Shown here: in pieces, positions 1-10,345 of the stretch
How the letters are laid out: the number at the start of each line of letters is the position of its first letter
Numbering within the stretch: position 1 is the stretch's first letter
Assembly (NCBI GenBank): GCA_947504795.1
Contig: CANNJG010000001.1
Coordinates: 1 to 47,426 of the forward strand
Direction: 5' to 3'
Source: Legionellaceae bacterium
GTDB lineage: Bacteria > Pseudomonadota > Gammaproteobacteria > Legionellales > Legionellaceae
DNA length: 47,426 nucleotides
Made by a program: the position numbers and the translations under genes
The notes under the pieces: generated by a model
What the model saw: the letters and a program-made list of their open reading frames with translations, nothing else
Told to the model about the DNA's origin: nothing
The model's database searches: none

Positions 1-246
1 CAACTCGGTGGCTTAGTAATATCCCCCAACGTTCGAGTTGAAATAAGACGCCGAACTGGCGGAGAATCCATGTTTTGGCGCGGACACACAAAGACATTGA
101 AAACCTTATTTCAAGAATGGAAGGTTCCCCCGTGGCAACGCGAGCATATTCCATTGTTATATGTGAATGATGCATTGATGGCGGTGATTGGCTATGCGCA
201 GGTGGATTCTGGGGCGGAGGAAGGATACACTGTTGCAATAGATTAA
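1..246 (+). CDS. tilS: tRNA(Ile)-lysidine synthetase, C-terminal fragment (5' end lies outside the window)
   Basis: Frame 1 is open from base 1 to TAA at 244-246. It reads ...TLKTLFQEWKVPPWQREHIPLLYVNDALMAVIGYAQV..., which matches the conserved TilS C-terminal motif (QEW-K-x-PPWQR-x-IPLLY). It is absent from the ORF track because no start codon lies in the window. Confidence 0.75.
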   Translation, partial: QLGGLVISPNVRVEIRRRTGGESMFWRGHTKTLKTLFQEWKVPPWQREHIPLLYVNDALMAVIGYAQVDSGAEEGYTVAID

Positions 247-356
247 AACACCGCAAGGAATGATCAAGCCTCTTCGATTTTTTGATCTAGGTGTGTTAAA
301 AAAGCTCGGTACTTGCGACTGCAAGACGACATTAATGCGTTGCTATTGGATGTACC

Positions 357-1622
357 ATGATCGAACCTCTGATTCCCATTACTCGAAAACAGGCATTATT
401 ATTTGCGGGCTTTTTAGTCCTTTATGAATTTTTAGTTTATATCGCGAATGATATGATTATGCCGGGCATGCTGTCTGTTATTCATACGTTTCATGCACCA
501 AAGTCTGCCGTTGCTACGTCATTAACCGCCTATATACTAGGAGGTGCCAGTTTGCAATTATTACTAGGCCCTATTTCTGACCGCTACGGGCGCCGTCCTG
601 TGATGTTATTTGGAGTGGCATGGTTTGTGGTAGCGACACTTATGATTCCTTGGGCGCAGACAATAACTCAATTTTTAATTGTACGTTTTTTAGAAGGAAT
701 GGGGTTGTGTTATATCAATGTGGTGGGATATGCATTATTGCAGGAGATTTTTAACGAAAAAGATGCGATTCGAATGGTTGCTGTTATGGTGAATGTGGCT
801 ATTCTAGCCCCTTTATTCGGGCCACTAGCGGGCGCAGAATTTTTAGAATTAGGGATGGGAGGTTGGCATGCAATTTTTTATTGGATAAGCGGGTTATCCG
901 TCGTCGCTCTGCTGGGATTGTACTATACGATGCCCGAGTCAGTGGGTCAAATGAAACGTGATGGTCAGATCATCCGGCGTCAAGCGTTGACAATTGCTAC
1001 GATTTTACACAATTACCAAACCCTTCTGACGCATCGTGTCTTTGTATTCGGAACCTTGGCTTATGGCTTAATGGGTATGATTTGTATTATATGGATAGCT
1101 CTATCGCCGGTGATATTAATTACCTTGTCGAAATGTACATTGGTTCAATATGGATTATGGCAATTACCTGTATTTGGTGCGTTTATTTTGGGCAATATTA
1201 TATTGTCGAATTTGACGAAATATTACAAGGTTGTACAATTGTCATTGATTGGGAGTCTTTCGGTTTTTGCAGGGTCACTCTTGTTGTGTGGCATCCCTTG
1301 GTTGGCAGGCTACACCGCTAAGGGAATGATGCCTGGGCTTGTTGTTTATTCGATTGGATATGGATTAGGTGCCACCGCTTTAAATCGTTTTATCTTGTTT
1401 GTGACTCAAGTCAGCACCGGTACTACGTCTGCTTTACTCTTTACGGTATCCTTATGTTTTCAAGCGTTCGGTAATGAAATCGGAAATTATGTGTTTACAC
1501 GGTATGATTTGAAGACCTTGATATACTATTTAGGATTGATTGGCATGCTTCATATTGTGTGTGTTGCGGTCAGTCTTTACCATCATCAACGCACTCAAGT
1601 TTTGGGATTAGAGCATCTATGA
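357..1622 (+). CDS. mdfA: MFS multidrug/cation efflux transporter, MdfA/Cmr family
   Basis: 421 aa with about 12 hydrophobic spans. The N-terminus [29 protein letters not shown] and the MFS motif [15 protein letters not shown] align closely with E. coli MdfA ([20 protein letters not shown]...GPLSDRIGRRPVML). Confidence 0.8.
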   Translation: MIEPLIPITRKQALLFAGFLVLYEFLVYIANDMIMPGMLSVIHTFHAPKSAVATSLTAYILGGASLQLLLGPISDRYGRRPVMLFGVAWFVVATLMIPWAQTITQFLIVRFLEGMGLCYINVVGYALLQEIFNEKDAIRMVAVMVNVAILAPLFGPLAGAEFLELGMGGWHAIFYWISGLSVVALLGLYYTMPESVGQMKRDGQIIRRQALTIATILHNYQTLLTHRVFVFGTLAYGLMGMICIIWIALSPVILITLSKCTLVQYGLWQLPVFGAFILGNIILSNLTKYYKVVQLSLIGSLSVFAGSLLLCGIPWLAGYTAKGMMPGLVVYSIGYGLGATALNRFILFVTQVSTGTTSALLFTVSLCFQAFGNEIGNYVFTRYDLKTLIYYLGLIGMLHIVCVAVSLYHHQRTQVLGLEHL

Positions 1623-2188
1623 TAGCAGGTGTTGATGAAGTAGGGCGTGGTCCTTTGGCAGGACCGGTGATTGCGGCAGCGGTCATAATGGCCGAGCCTA
1701 TTCCAGGTTTGAAAGATTCAAAAACATTAAGTCCTAAAAAGCGGGAAGCATTAGCTAAACTTATCCAGACCTACGCAGATGCTTATGCATTTGGGCGTGC
1801 TGAAGTGGATGAAATTGATCGATTGAATATTCATCATGCAACCTTATTGGCGATGCAGCGAGCCATTTTAGCCCTACCCATTGCACCTGTTTCGATTTGT
1901 GTCGATGGATTATATGTTCCTCAGGTCAGCATTGCCTGCCACGCGATTGTGAATGGCGATAGTTTGGTTTATCAGATTAGTGCGGCTTCTATCATTGCTA
2001 AGGTATGGCGTGATGCTGAAATGGAACGCATGGATGCCGAATATCCTGGGTATGGGTTTGCTGAACACAAAGGCTATCCTACCCAACGTCACCGCGACGC
2101 TTTAAAGAAATTAGGTCCTTGTCCGAAACATCGTAAGAGTTTTGCGCCGGTTAGAGATTGGTGTTCATCGGCGCTCAAAGAGTATTAA
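1619..2188 (+). CDS. rnhB: Ribonuclease HII
   Basis: [22 protein letters not shown] is the canonical RNase HII N-terminus. ATG at 1619 overlaps the mdfA-like stop (ATGA, 1619-1622). The longer ORF-track start at 1559 lies inside the upstream gene and is rejected. Confidence 0.9.
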   Translation: MIAGVDEVGRGPLAGPVIAAAVIMAEPIPGLKDSKTLSPKKREALAKLIQTYADAYAFGRAEVDEIDRLNIHHATLLAMQRAILALPIAPVSICVDGLYVPQVSIACHAIVNGDSLVYQISAASIIAKVWRDAEMERMDAEYPGYGFAEHKGYPTQRHRDALKKLGPCPKHRKSFAPVRDWCSSALKEY

Positions 2189-3290
2189 ACAAAATCCGAT
2201 GTGAACTAATGGATATTAAAATACCAAAACCGGACAAAAATGTGATCATTGCTGTGCCGCCGTAGCTTACTAAGGGGAGAGGGATTCCCACGACGGGTAA
2301 AATGCCCATGACCATGCCAATATTCACAAATGCCGACAAAAAGAAGGACATGATGAGGCCTGCGGCCAATAGACGAGTGAAGGTAGTTTGTGCTTGAGAC
2401 ACGATGCTCATTCCACGAAGCGCGATTAACATCATGAGGAAGATGAGAATAACACTTCCCACGAATCCAAATTCTTCACCGCACACCGCAAAAATGAAAT
2501 CCGTAGCATGCTCGGGTAAAAAATTGAGATGGGATTGACTTCCCAATAACCACCCTTTACCAAAACCGCCACCGGAGCCGATTGCGATTTTAGATTGAAT
2601 GATATGATACCCAGCACCCAAAGGATCGTGCTCAGGATTCAGTAAGGTGAGAATACGTTGTTTTTGATACCCGTGCATAAAATGCCAAATGATCGGAGCG
2701 GCTAATCCAATACTAAATGTGATGAATGAAAGGATGCGCGCTGAAATTCCTGCCATAAAAATCACGCATAAGCCGCTTGAAGCGACCATAATTGCGGTGC
2801 CTAAATCCGGTTGTTTAGCGATTAAAATAGTTGGAATAAACAGTAGTAGGCCTGCAATAGCAAACTGTTTGAGTTCGATAGGTGATTTTTGTCGATCGAG
2901 ATACCAAGCGGTCATCATCGGCACAGCTAGTTTCATAATTTCAGAGGGCTGGAAGCGAAATAAGCCTAAATCTAGCCAACGTTGTGCGCCCTTACCAATT
3001 TTTCCGATGAGCATCACCGTGAGTAATAAGAAAAGTCCTCCAGCATATAGCCAGGGCGTCCAATGCTTATATTTATGTGGAGGGACAAAGCTAAATACGG
3101 TCATGATACTTAGCGCTGCAAGCAAGCGCAGCCCTTGACGTAAAACCATGCTCAAATTTTCATTGGAAGCACTGTATAAAATCACTAATCCATACGCAAT
3201 TAACATCAGTAATAAGCCTAACAAAGGCACATCGATATAAAAAGCACGATTCGTGAATCGATACATGGGTCTAGATTGTGATGACATCAT
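2175..3290 (-). CDS. rodA: Peptidoglycan glycosyltransferase RodA (SEDS family)
   Basis: 371-aa polytopic membrane protein with SEDS motifs ([25 protein letters not shown]). It lies directly downstream of mrdA with a 4-nt ATGA overlap. Confidence 0.9.
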   Translation of the reverse strand: MMSSQSRPMYRFTNRAFYIDVPLLGLLLMLIAYGLVILYSASNENLSMVLRQGLRLLAALSIMTVFSFVPPHKYKHWTPWLYAGGLFLLLTVMLIGKIGKGAQRWLDLGLFRFQPSEIMKLAVPMMTAWYLDRQKSPIELKQFAIAGLLLFIPTILIAKQPDLGTAIMVASSGLCVIFMAGISARILSFITFSIGLAAPIIWHFMHGYQKQRILTLLNPEHDPLGAGYHIIQSKIAIGSGGGFGKGWLLGSQSHLNFLPEHATDFIFAVCGEEFGFVGSVILIFLMMLIALRGMSIVSQAQTTFTRLLAAGLIMSFFLSAFVNIGMVMGILPVVGIPLPLVSYGGTAMITFLSGFGILISISSHRILFNTL

Positions 3291-5179
3291 GATGTTTCCT
3301 GTCGGTTATCAAGGTGATCTAAGGTTTTGAGTTCGAAGTATTTATCTAATACTTGTCGAGCAACTTGTGCGGCAGCAGTATCGTGTTCTACGATAACGGC
3401 AATAGCTACTTCGGGTGATTCAACAGGCGCAAAAGCGATGAATAAGGAATGATCGCGAAGTGCTTCAGGGAGATCCGTGTATCGCTTTTTTTCGTCTTGA
3501 CTTAAACTGAACACTTGCGCCGTACCCGTTTTTCCTGCTACGGGATAGGGCGCATCTTTACCAAAGCGATAACCTGTCCCTGAATTATTCACAATTACTT
3601 CATGCATGGCATCATGGACCAGCGCCCAATGATCCTCTGATTTGAGACGGAGGGGGTACTCTTCAATGGGGTTGTAGGCTAATTCTCTTGTTTGATCCGT
3701 GACGCTATGATGTAATAAATGAGGTCGAAAGCGATGTCCTTTCAAGCTTAATGAAGCCGTTGCACTGGCTAATTGTAACGGCGTTGCCAACATGAATCCT
3801 TGGCCAATTGATGTGATAAGCGTATCGCCAGGATACCAAGGAAGTTTTTTAGTCATGCGCTTCCATTGGGGTGTAGGCACAAGTCCCGATGCTTCCTCAA
3901 AGAGATCGACTCCGGATAATTGCCCAAATCCAAATTGACGTAACATCGGCTCAATAGCATTAATCCCCATTTTATTGCCCAATTGATAAAAGTAAGTATC
4001 GCAGGACACCATGATTGCACGTTTGATATCTACCAAACCATGTCCAGTATGTTTCCAATCACGGTAGGCGTGTTTAACCCCGGGTAGTCGAAACCAACCC
4101 GGATCATAAATGTGATCCCGCGGGGTGGCTAAGCCTTGATTGAGTCCCGCAAGAGCAATAAAAGGTTTAATGGTCGAAGCTGGCGGGTACAAACCGCGGA
4201 CAGCACGATTGTACAAAGGTCTATCAAGCACATCTGACAATACTTTATAGTCGTCAGTACTAATCCCATTGACGAATAAATTGGGATTAAAACTAGGCGC
4301 ACTTACCATCGCTAGGATTTCGCCATTTTTGACTGAAATGATCACTAATGCGCCACGTTTACCTTGGAGTGCCGCATAACCTGCTTGCTGCAAACGTGTA
4401 TCGACAGTAAGATACAGCTTTTTACCAGATACTGGAGGCTGTTTACTCAACACACGCAGAGTGCGACCACTGACATCTGTTTCAACTTGTTGGTAACCGA
4501 TAGTCCCATGGAGCGTGTCCTCGTAATATTTTTCAACACCTGATTTGCCGATAAAGTTGGTGGCGCGATAGTTAGTAAAATCCACGTTTTGTAATTCGTC
4601 TATATTAATTCGCGCTACGTAGCCCAATAGATGCGCGGTTATCTCGCCAAGTGGATAATGACGCATGAGAATGGCTTTAATGCTTACTCCTGGGAATTGG
4701 TATTGGTTAGACGCAAAGGTCGCGACATCTATTTCACTTAATTTGAGTTTGAAAGGGATTGGGAAATATGCAGGATTTTGCTTGCGTGCTCGATAAAAGT
4801 TTTTAATATCTTCTGCCGTGATTGCCGGTAATAACGTTTGCAGGTTCTTCAATGTTTCGGGTATGGATTTAATCCGCTCAGGTATGATTTCCAGCACATA
4901 TACCGGTAGGTTCTCTGCCAACACGATGCCATTTCTGTCACATATGATCCCGCGTGATGGAGAAATAGACACGATGCTCATCTGATTTTTCAAAGAAAGT
5001 GTCGCGAACAGTTTATATTGTGAAAATTGTAAATAAGCTAGTCGCAATGTTAGCACTAGCGACAAAAGAATGAGAGTTGCTAATAAAAAATTGAAACGAA
5101 ATAAAAAAGCTTGGGTTGTATGGTGTTTAGAAGACTGGTCGGGAAAACTACCCATGACTTTAGAACGCTGGAACCTCAC
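3287..5179 (-). CDS. mrdA: Penicillin-binding protein 2 (elongasome transpeptidase)
   Basis: 630 aa with an N-terminal membrane anchor. It carries the SxxK (STIKP), SxN-like and KTGTA transpeptidase motifs and sits in the conserved position upstream of rodA. Confidence 0.9.
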   Translation of the reverse strand: MRFQRSKVMGSFPDQSSKHHTTQAFLFRFNFLLATLILLSLVLTLRLAYLQFSQYKLFATLSLKNQMSIVSISPSRGIICDRNGIVLAENLPVYVLEIIPERIKSIPETLKNLQTLLPAITAEDIKNFYRARKQNPAYFPIPFKLKLSEIDVATFASNQYQFPGVSIKAILMRHYPLGEITAHLLGYVARINIDELQNVDFTNYRATNFIGKSGVEKYYEDTLHGTIGYQQVETDVSGRTLRVLSKQPPVSGKKLYLTVDTRLQQAGYAALQGKRGALVIISVKNGEILAMVSAPSFNPNLFVNGISTDDYKVLSDVLDRPLYNRAVRGLYPPASTIKPFIALAGLNQGLATPRDHIYDPGWFRLPGVKHAYRDWKHTGHGLVDIKRAIMVSCDTYFYQLGNKMGINAIEPMLRQFGFGQLSGVDLFEEASGLVPTPQWKRMTKKLPWYPGDTLITSIGQGFMLATPLQLASATASLSLKGHRFRPHLLHHSVTDQTRELAYNPIEEYPLRLKSEDHWALVHDAMHEVIVNNSGTGYRFGKDAPYPVAGKTGTAQVFSLSQDEKKRYTDLPEALRDHSLFIAFAPVESPEVAIAVIVEHDTAAAQVARQVLDKYFELKTLDHLDNRQETS

Positions 5180-5183
5180 GGTC

Positions 5184-5534
5184 CTAACTCACACTCTTCA
5201 TGTCTTCTGTTTTAGGACCCCATAAATGTTCTAAGCCGTAAAAGGATCGAGTATCTGGTTGCATAATGTGCACAACACAATCACCAAAATCAACCAACGC
5301 CCAATCGCCAGTATCCAGGCCGGAATGGTGCAGGGTGTGCAGTCCGATTTCTTTCATTTTGACGATGATCGCATTGGCAATGGCTTTGACATGGCGCGAA
5401 GCACGTCCCCCACACACGATCATATAGTCGGTGATTGAGGTTTGTTTACTTACATCCATTATTACGATTTCATTGGCTTGAATATCTTCTAAAGCTTGGA
5501 TTAATATTGAAAGTTGGGGAAATAACTCGGGCAT
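5184..5534 (-). CDS. rsfS: Ribosomal silencing factor RsfS (YbeB/iojap)
   Basis: 116 aa. The stretch DYMIVCGGRASRHVKAIANAI...GDWALVDFGDCVVHIM is typical of the RsfS/iojap family. It lies 4 nt upstream of mrdA. Confidence 0.85.
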   Translation of the reverse strand: MPELFPQLSILIQALEDIQANEIVIMDVSKQTSITDYMIVCGGRASRHVKAIANAIIVKMKEIGLHTLHHSGLDTGDWALVDFGDCVVHIMQPDTRSFYGLEHLWGPKTEDMKSVS

Positions 5535-5563
5535 AAGGTAATAAACTATTCAGGTAAATACTT

Positions 5564-5592
5564 ATTTTATCATAATTAGGGGGGGGCAGCAA
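5564..5592 (-). promoter_or_regulatory. Candidate sigma70 promoter for rsfS-mrdA-rodA with a C8 tract in the spacer
   Basis: The minus strand reads TTGCTG (5592-5587), then a 17-nt spacer CCCCCCCCTAATTATGA, then TAAAAT (5569-5564), about 30 nt upstream of the rsfS ATG. This is a pattern match only. Confidence 0.2.
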
Positions 5593-5632
5593 TGTTTGAT
5601 TAATCCTGTGCGCTTGGTTTGGCTCTGCCTAG

Positions 5633-7228
5633 TCAATTTAATTCGTTATTGCGACTCCGTGGTTCACTGTGCAGCGAAGCATCTCCCAACACTTCGTGGC
5701 GATCTTGCAACGTAAGGACGCTTTTTTTGGTTTCCTGTCCTGGATGTCTATAAAATAACCTACTGCGTTGCTGGGGCTTGAAGCGCATAATTTTGGGGAG
5801 CGTATTTTTGCTAAGTACCTGTAGCGCATTGGCTGGCTGAAATATCTGTAGCGCGTTGTTTTTAGGCACAAGCGTATTAGCAAGGTGTTGTGGAGAACCG
5901 AGCGTGCGTCGATACAGTACCGTCAGCGCTATAACGTCTTGGAAGAGCAACGCGCGCTGTGCTGGGGGCGTTTTTACGAAAAAATTCAACAGCGAATGGG
6001 TATTTACTACGTTCAATGCAGTCATGTTTGTGTTCACTAACGGCTGAAAGGTACCATTGGTTGAAGTGAACGCTGAACGCGGTGAAACACGCATATTCAA
6101 AAGTTGCAAGGTTGCAGCACGGATGCGACCACTATACAGTGCGTTTTGAACAACCATAGCCTGATATACTGACTCCAAGAGCAGCATCTGAATCAAACTG
6201 TTGAGTCTGAACCAACTGATGAAGAGCGCTGAATCAAACTGAAGAAATGGTTCCTTTTCAAAATTTAAGACGGATCGAATGACCTCGATTTCCTGTGATG
6301 AAAACAAGGAATCTATCGTTGATATCAATGACCATAAAAATGTTTGTTGATTGGAAATATGGTTTTGTTTTATTGTTTGAAAGTAGCTTGTGAATCCCGA
6401 AGCACTTTTAAAAAACCTCGCCAAGGGTGAGTCATTGGTTTGAGCAAGTTGCCTTGGCGCCATTGCAAAATGCGGATGTGCTTCATGGAGCGCGACAACA
6501 TCATAAAAAGCATAAGGCGAATGATTGCAGATGGTCATTGTCAGGATAGCGGCATGTAAATCATTCATTATTTTTTTATTGGTTGGCGATACGGTAGGCA
6601 TAGAATCCCCAGCTGCTAAGGTTTCAAATAGCATCAATAATTCGAGACAATCCATAGTGCGAGAACCACCCGAAATTGTTTGGGTACCCAAGAATAAATG
6701 ATCTCCAAACAATTGGATGATCTGACTCATACTCGATTTACGCGGAATGCCTAAAATAGTTTTTAACCATCGGGCAGCATCTTTACTGGTCCGTTGTTGA
6801 TTGCCGTCAATGTGCCATTGCATCATGAGGGTTAGAATAAGACGTAACAATTGCTGCTCAGGTGTTATTTCTGCAAAAATATTTAGATTGTTCATGACAT
6901 GTAGAACGGATTGAATCAAGCGCGAATCATCATCTTTGGAAAGGACTTGTAAGGTATTAATCAAATTTTTTCGCTTTGGATCTTGGAGGAATACCTTCAT
7001 ATCGTTATAACAGTCGATAGGTAAGTTCAACTGTTCAGTGAGTGCTTGAATAACGATATGAACGTGTTCAGCTTGCAATGTTATCTGTAATTGTTGCAAT
7101 TTAGTGATTACTTTCTGCAATCCTTTTGGATTGGATTTTGCAATCGAATGCAAAAAACCAATAGCAGTTGCATTCAGCTCACCCTGAACTGACGCCGAAA
7201 ACTGACCTACCACGCCATGAATAATCAT
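5633..7228 (-). CDS. Hypothetical protein, 531 aa, no recognisable domain
   Basis: Long uninterrupted ORF with no signal peptide and no TM segment. The composition looks largely helical and rich in L, Q and N. I recognise no family motif. A plausible promoter lies upstream (TTGACT, 16 nt, TAAATT). Confidence 0.6.
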   Translation of the reverse strand: MIIHGVVGQFSASVQGELNATAIGFLHSIAKSNPKGLQKVITKLQQLQITLQAEHVHIVIQALTEQLNLPIDCYNDMKVFLQDPKRKNLINTLQVLSKDDDSRLIQSVLHVMNNLNIFAEITPEQQLLRLILTLMMQWHIDGNQQRTSKDAARWLKTILGIPRKSSMSQIIQLFGDHLFLGTQTISGGSRTMDCLELLMLFETLAAGDSMPTVSPTNKKIMNDLHAAILTMTICNHSPYAFYDVVALHEAHPHFAMAPRQLAQTNDSPLARFFKSASGFTSYFQTIKQNHISNQQTFLWSLISTIDSLFSSQEIEVIRSVLNFEKEPFLQFDSALFISWFRLNSLIQMLLLESVYQAMVVQNALYSGRIRAATLQLLNMRVSPRSAFTSTNGTFQPLVNTNMTALNVVNTHSLLNFFVKTPPAQRALLFQDVIALTVLYRRTLGSPQHLANTLVPKNNALQIFQPANALQVLSKNTLPKIMRFKPQQRSRLFYRHPGQETKKSVLTLQDRHEVLGDASLHSEPRSRNNELN

Positions 7229-7394
7229 AATGCACCTTTTTGTCCGGTAAAGATAAATTTAGACCATAATCCTAGATAGTCAAGAAATCTGGTCAATAGA
7301 CCTATTTATTTACATGATTATTAATTGCTGTCATACTCGCTAGCCGTTAGCGCCGACGAACTCTATAGGCTTATTTTGAAAGGAATGGCGACTC

Positions 7395-8837
7395 GTGAAA
7401 TTAGCAGAAACTACTCATCCTAAAACCCTTCGAATATTCTTCGCCACTGAAATGTGGGAGCGATATGGATTTTATGTTGTTCAGACGTTGCTGGCACTGT
7501 ATCTTGCTTTGCATTTCAAATGGCCTGATAAAGATGTGTATGTTTTAGTGGGTTCTTTTACAGCGTTAACCTATATATCGCCTGTTGTAGGCGGCTGGAT
7601 TGCCGATCGTCTGATAGGTCAAAAGCTCGCTATTTTGGTGGGTGCTTTGGTTTTGTTAATCAGTTATTTTCTTCTAAGTCTGATGACATCCAGTCAATCG
7701 CTTTGTTTTTGTTTGTCAGGTATTGTTGTGGGTACGGGACTATTGAAGCCCAATATTTCCTCGTTGCTGGGCAATGAGTATCCTGACGGCGCCACTAATC
7801 GAGAAAGTGGTTTCACTATTTTCTACATGGGATTAACAACCGGCATTATTTTAGGCACCTTTTTACCGAGTTACTTAGGCGAGCGATTTGGTTGGTCGGT
7901 AGCGTTTCTTTCTGCAGCATTTGGGATGATCATTGCAGCGGCCGTTTTTCTTTTTGGTATCCATTATTACCGAATTAAAGATTATCACAAACATGCGTTA
8001 ACCACTAGAAATATTGCGTTATCCCTAGGATTGATAGGCTTGTTATGGGGGCTGGCGTTCTATATCTTGAATTATCCGATGCTAGCCAATATTGTGTTTG
8101 TAATGGTCGTTATTTTTTCAGTCTTCTATGTGATTGATTGCGTTAAAGATGAATCACCCGCGCAAGCAAGACAAACGATTGTCCTGGGTATATTGTGTCT
8201 TATATCGGTGCTGTTTTGGGCTTTCTATTTCCAAATGTTTATGTCGTTAACCTTATTCATTTCGAGAGTTGTCAACCCCTCGCTGTTTGGCTTTCCTTTT
8301 GCCCCTCCTTTTTATGTGGGCGTTCAGAGTATTGGGATGATTGTTTTGGGTATGATGTTATCACGAAGCAGACAAACCTTGCCGCGAAACGAGCAAATCA
8401 TTCGAATCGGTAATAAATTTTTAATCGCGCTGTGTTGCATGGCGATTGCTTATGGACTGATAACAATTATTTGCCATTTTAATTTTCCGTATGGGTTATT
8501 GTCTCCTTTGTACCTGATACCTGCTTATTTGGTCATTTCTTTGGCGGAGCTCTTGTTATCTCCAGTGGGTCTATCCGCTGTTACCGTCCTTGCGAGTCGG
8601 AAGAAAGTGAGTACGATGATGGGCATATTTTTTATATCGTTAGGATTAGGCGCTTTTCTGGCTGGAAAGCTCGCGACGATAACGGCTGTTTCTTCATCGG
8701 TCATGTCTATTACGCTATTAAAAGTGCATTATGCCCATTCTTTTTCTATATTGTTGGTTATATTGTTGGTTTCGACTGCTTGCTGTGTTATTTTAAACGG
8801 CTTGATTCATAGATTGATGAAGCGAAAATTGGCCTAA
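7395..8837 (+). CDS. Proton-dependent oligopeptide transporter (POT/PTR2 family, DtpA/DtpB-like)
   Basis: 480-aa polytopic protein. The N-terminal FATEMWERYGFYVVQTLLALYL and GGWIADRLIGQK are PTR2 signature motifs. It has a GTG start with an AAGGA sequence upstream. Confidence 0.85.
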   Translation: MKLAETTHPKTLRIFFATEMWERYGFYVVQTLLALYLALHFKWPDKDVYVLVGSFTALTYISPVVGGWIADRLIGQKLAILVGALVLLISYFLLSLMTSSQSLCFCLSGIVVGTGLLKPNISSLLGNEYPDGATNRESGFTIFYMGLTTGIILGTFLPSYLGERFGWSVAFLSAAFGMIIAAAVFLFGIHYYRIKDYHKHALTTRNIALSLGLIGLLWGLAFYILNYPMLANIVFVMVVIFSVFYVIDCVKDESPAQARQTIVLGILCLISVLFWAFYFQMFMSLTLFISRVVNPSLFGFPFAPPFYVGVQSIGMIVLGMMLSRSRQTLPRNEQIIRIGNKFLIALCCMAIAYGLITIICHFNFPYGLLSPLYLIPAYLVISLAELLLSPVGLSAVTVLASRKKVSTMMGIFFISLGLGAFLAGKLATITAVSSSVMSITLLKVHYAHSFSILLVILLVSTACCVILNGLIHRLMKRKLA

Positions 8838-8955
8838 TCTTGCGCGCAGCACATGACTACAGTCAGGCGATCCTTGTTTATACTGAGCGATGAGGTCTAA
8901 AGATTGCTCAACGCCCTGTTTGAGGATTACAATATTAAACCCATCTACTTTATAA

Positions 8956-10341
8956 GTGATCATGATAGATTTACAAGCACGTAAAAAAACAACCGATCCT
9001 TTAAAACGTCCCCCGCATTCTGTGGAAGCGGAGCAAGCGATTTTGGGGGGGGTGATGTTGGATAATCAAGCCTGGGATAAAGTAGGGGTTTCTCTATGTG
9101 AAGCGGATTTCTACCGGAGTGAACACCGTATTTTGTTTCGGGCGATGGTCAAACTTGCGCACAAAGGCCAGCCGTTTGATGTCGTGACGTTATTGGATCA
9201 TCTCAAATCAGTACAAGGGTTAGATGATGCGGGCGGAGAGAGCTATTTATTTGAATTAGCGAATAATACACCTTCTGTAGCCAATGTGACGGCCTACGCG
9301 GAAATAGTGCGCGAAAAGTCGGTACAACGCCAATTGATTGCTGTGGCAACTGAGATTGCGGATTCTGCTTATAATCCTGGTGCCCGCGAAGTTTCTGAGT
9401 TATTAGATTTTGCTGAGAGTCGGGTGTTTGCAATCGCGGAGCAAACCGCTACTGATAAAGGTCCCGAAGGCATTAAGTCCATATTGGAACGCGCGGTAGA
9501 GCGCATTGACGCGCTCTATCATTCGGGAGATTCGATTACGGGTTTGGCGACCGGATTAAAAGATTTAGATGATCTCACTTCAGGATTACAACGTTCGGAT
9601 CTGGTTATTGTTGCAGGTCGGCCTTCGATGGGTAAAACGACTTTAGTAATGAATATTGCAGAGCATGCAGCAATCAAAGGATCGCAACCTGTGCTCGTGT
9701 TTTCAATGGAAATGCCTGCCGACTCATTGGCAATGCGGATGATGTCTTCCTTAGGTCGTATTGATCAACATCGTATCCGAACAGGAAAATTGGATGATGA
9801 CGATTGGCCAAGAGTGACTTCAGCTGTTCATATGTTATCGGAAGCCCCCTTATTTGTAGATGATACGCCCGCATTAAGCCCAGCGGAAATGCGCGCGCGC
9901 GCGCGACGGCTCATGAAAGAGCATGGGCAGTTAGCATTGATTGTTGTGGATTATTTGCAATTAATGAAAGTGCCTGGCTTTAGGGCTGATAATCGTACAG
10001 CAGAAATTTCAGAAATTTCACGTTCTTTGAAATCTTTAGCCAAAGAATTAAACGTTCCTGTTGTGGCGTTATCACAGTTAAATCGAAGTTTGGAGCAACG
10101 TCAGGATAAGCGTCCGGTCATGTCGGATTTGCGAGAGTCAGGTGCGATTGAGCAGGATGCGGATATTATTTGCTTTATTTATCGTGATGAAGTGTATAAC
10201 GAAGATAGCCCCGATAAAGGGTGCGCAGAAATTATTATAGCGAAACAACGTAATGGTCCGATTGGTAAGGTCCGCGTCGCATTTTTAGGTAAATATACGC
10301 GTTTCGAAGATCTGGCCTATACGGGATATCCAGGAGCGTAA
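8956..10341 (+). CDS. dnaB: Replicative DNA helicase DnaB (no intein)
   Basis: Contains PPHSVEAEQAILGG, Walker A GRPSMGKTT, DYLQLM, SRSLKSLAKELNVPVVALSQLNR and IIAKQRNGP. The start is GTG 8956 or ATG 8962. Confidence 0.95.
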   Translation: MIMIDLQARKKTTDPLKRPPHSVEAEQAILGGVMLDNQAWDKVGVSLCEADFYRSEHRILFRAMVKLAHKGQPFDVVTLLDHLKSVQGLDDAGGESYLFELANNTPSVANVTAYAEIVREKSVQRQLIAVATEIADSAYNPGAREVSELLDFAESRVFAIAEQTATDKGPEGIKSILERAVERIDALYHSGDSITGLATGLKDLDDLTSGLQRSDLVIVAGRPSMGKTTLVMNIAEHAAIKGSQPVLVFSMEMPADSLAMRMMSSLGRIDQHRIRTGKLDDDDWPRVTSAVHMLSEAPLFVDDTPALSPAEMRARARRLMKEHGQLALIVVDYLQLMKVPGFRADNRTAEISEISRSLKSLAKELNVPVVALSQLNRSLEQRQDKRPVMSDLRESGAIEQDADIICFIYRDEVYNEDSPDKGCAEIIIAKQRNGPIGKVRVAFLGKYTRFEDLAYTGYPGA

Positions 10342-10345
10342 TAAG

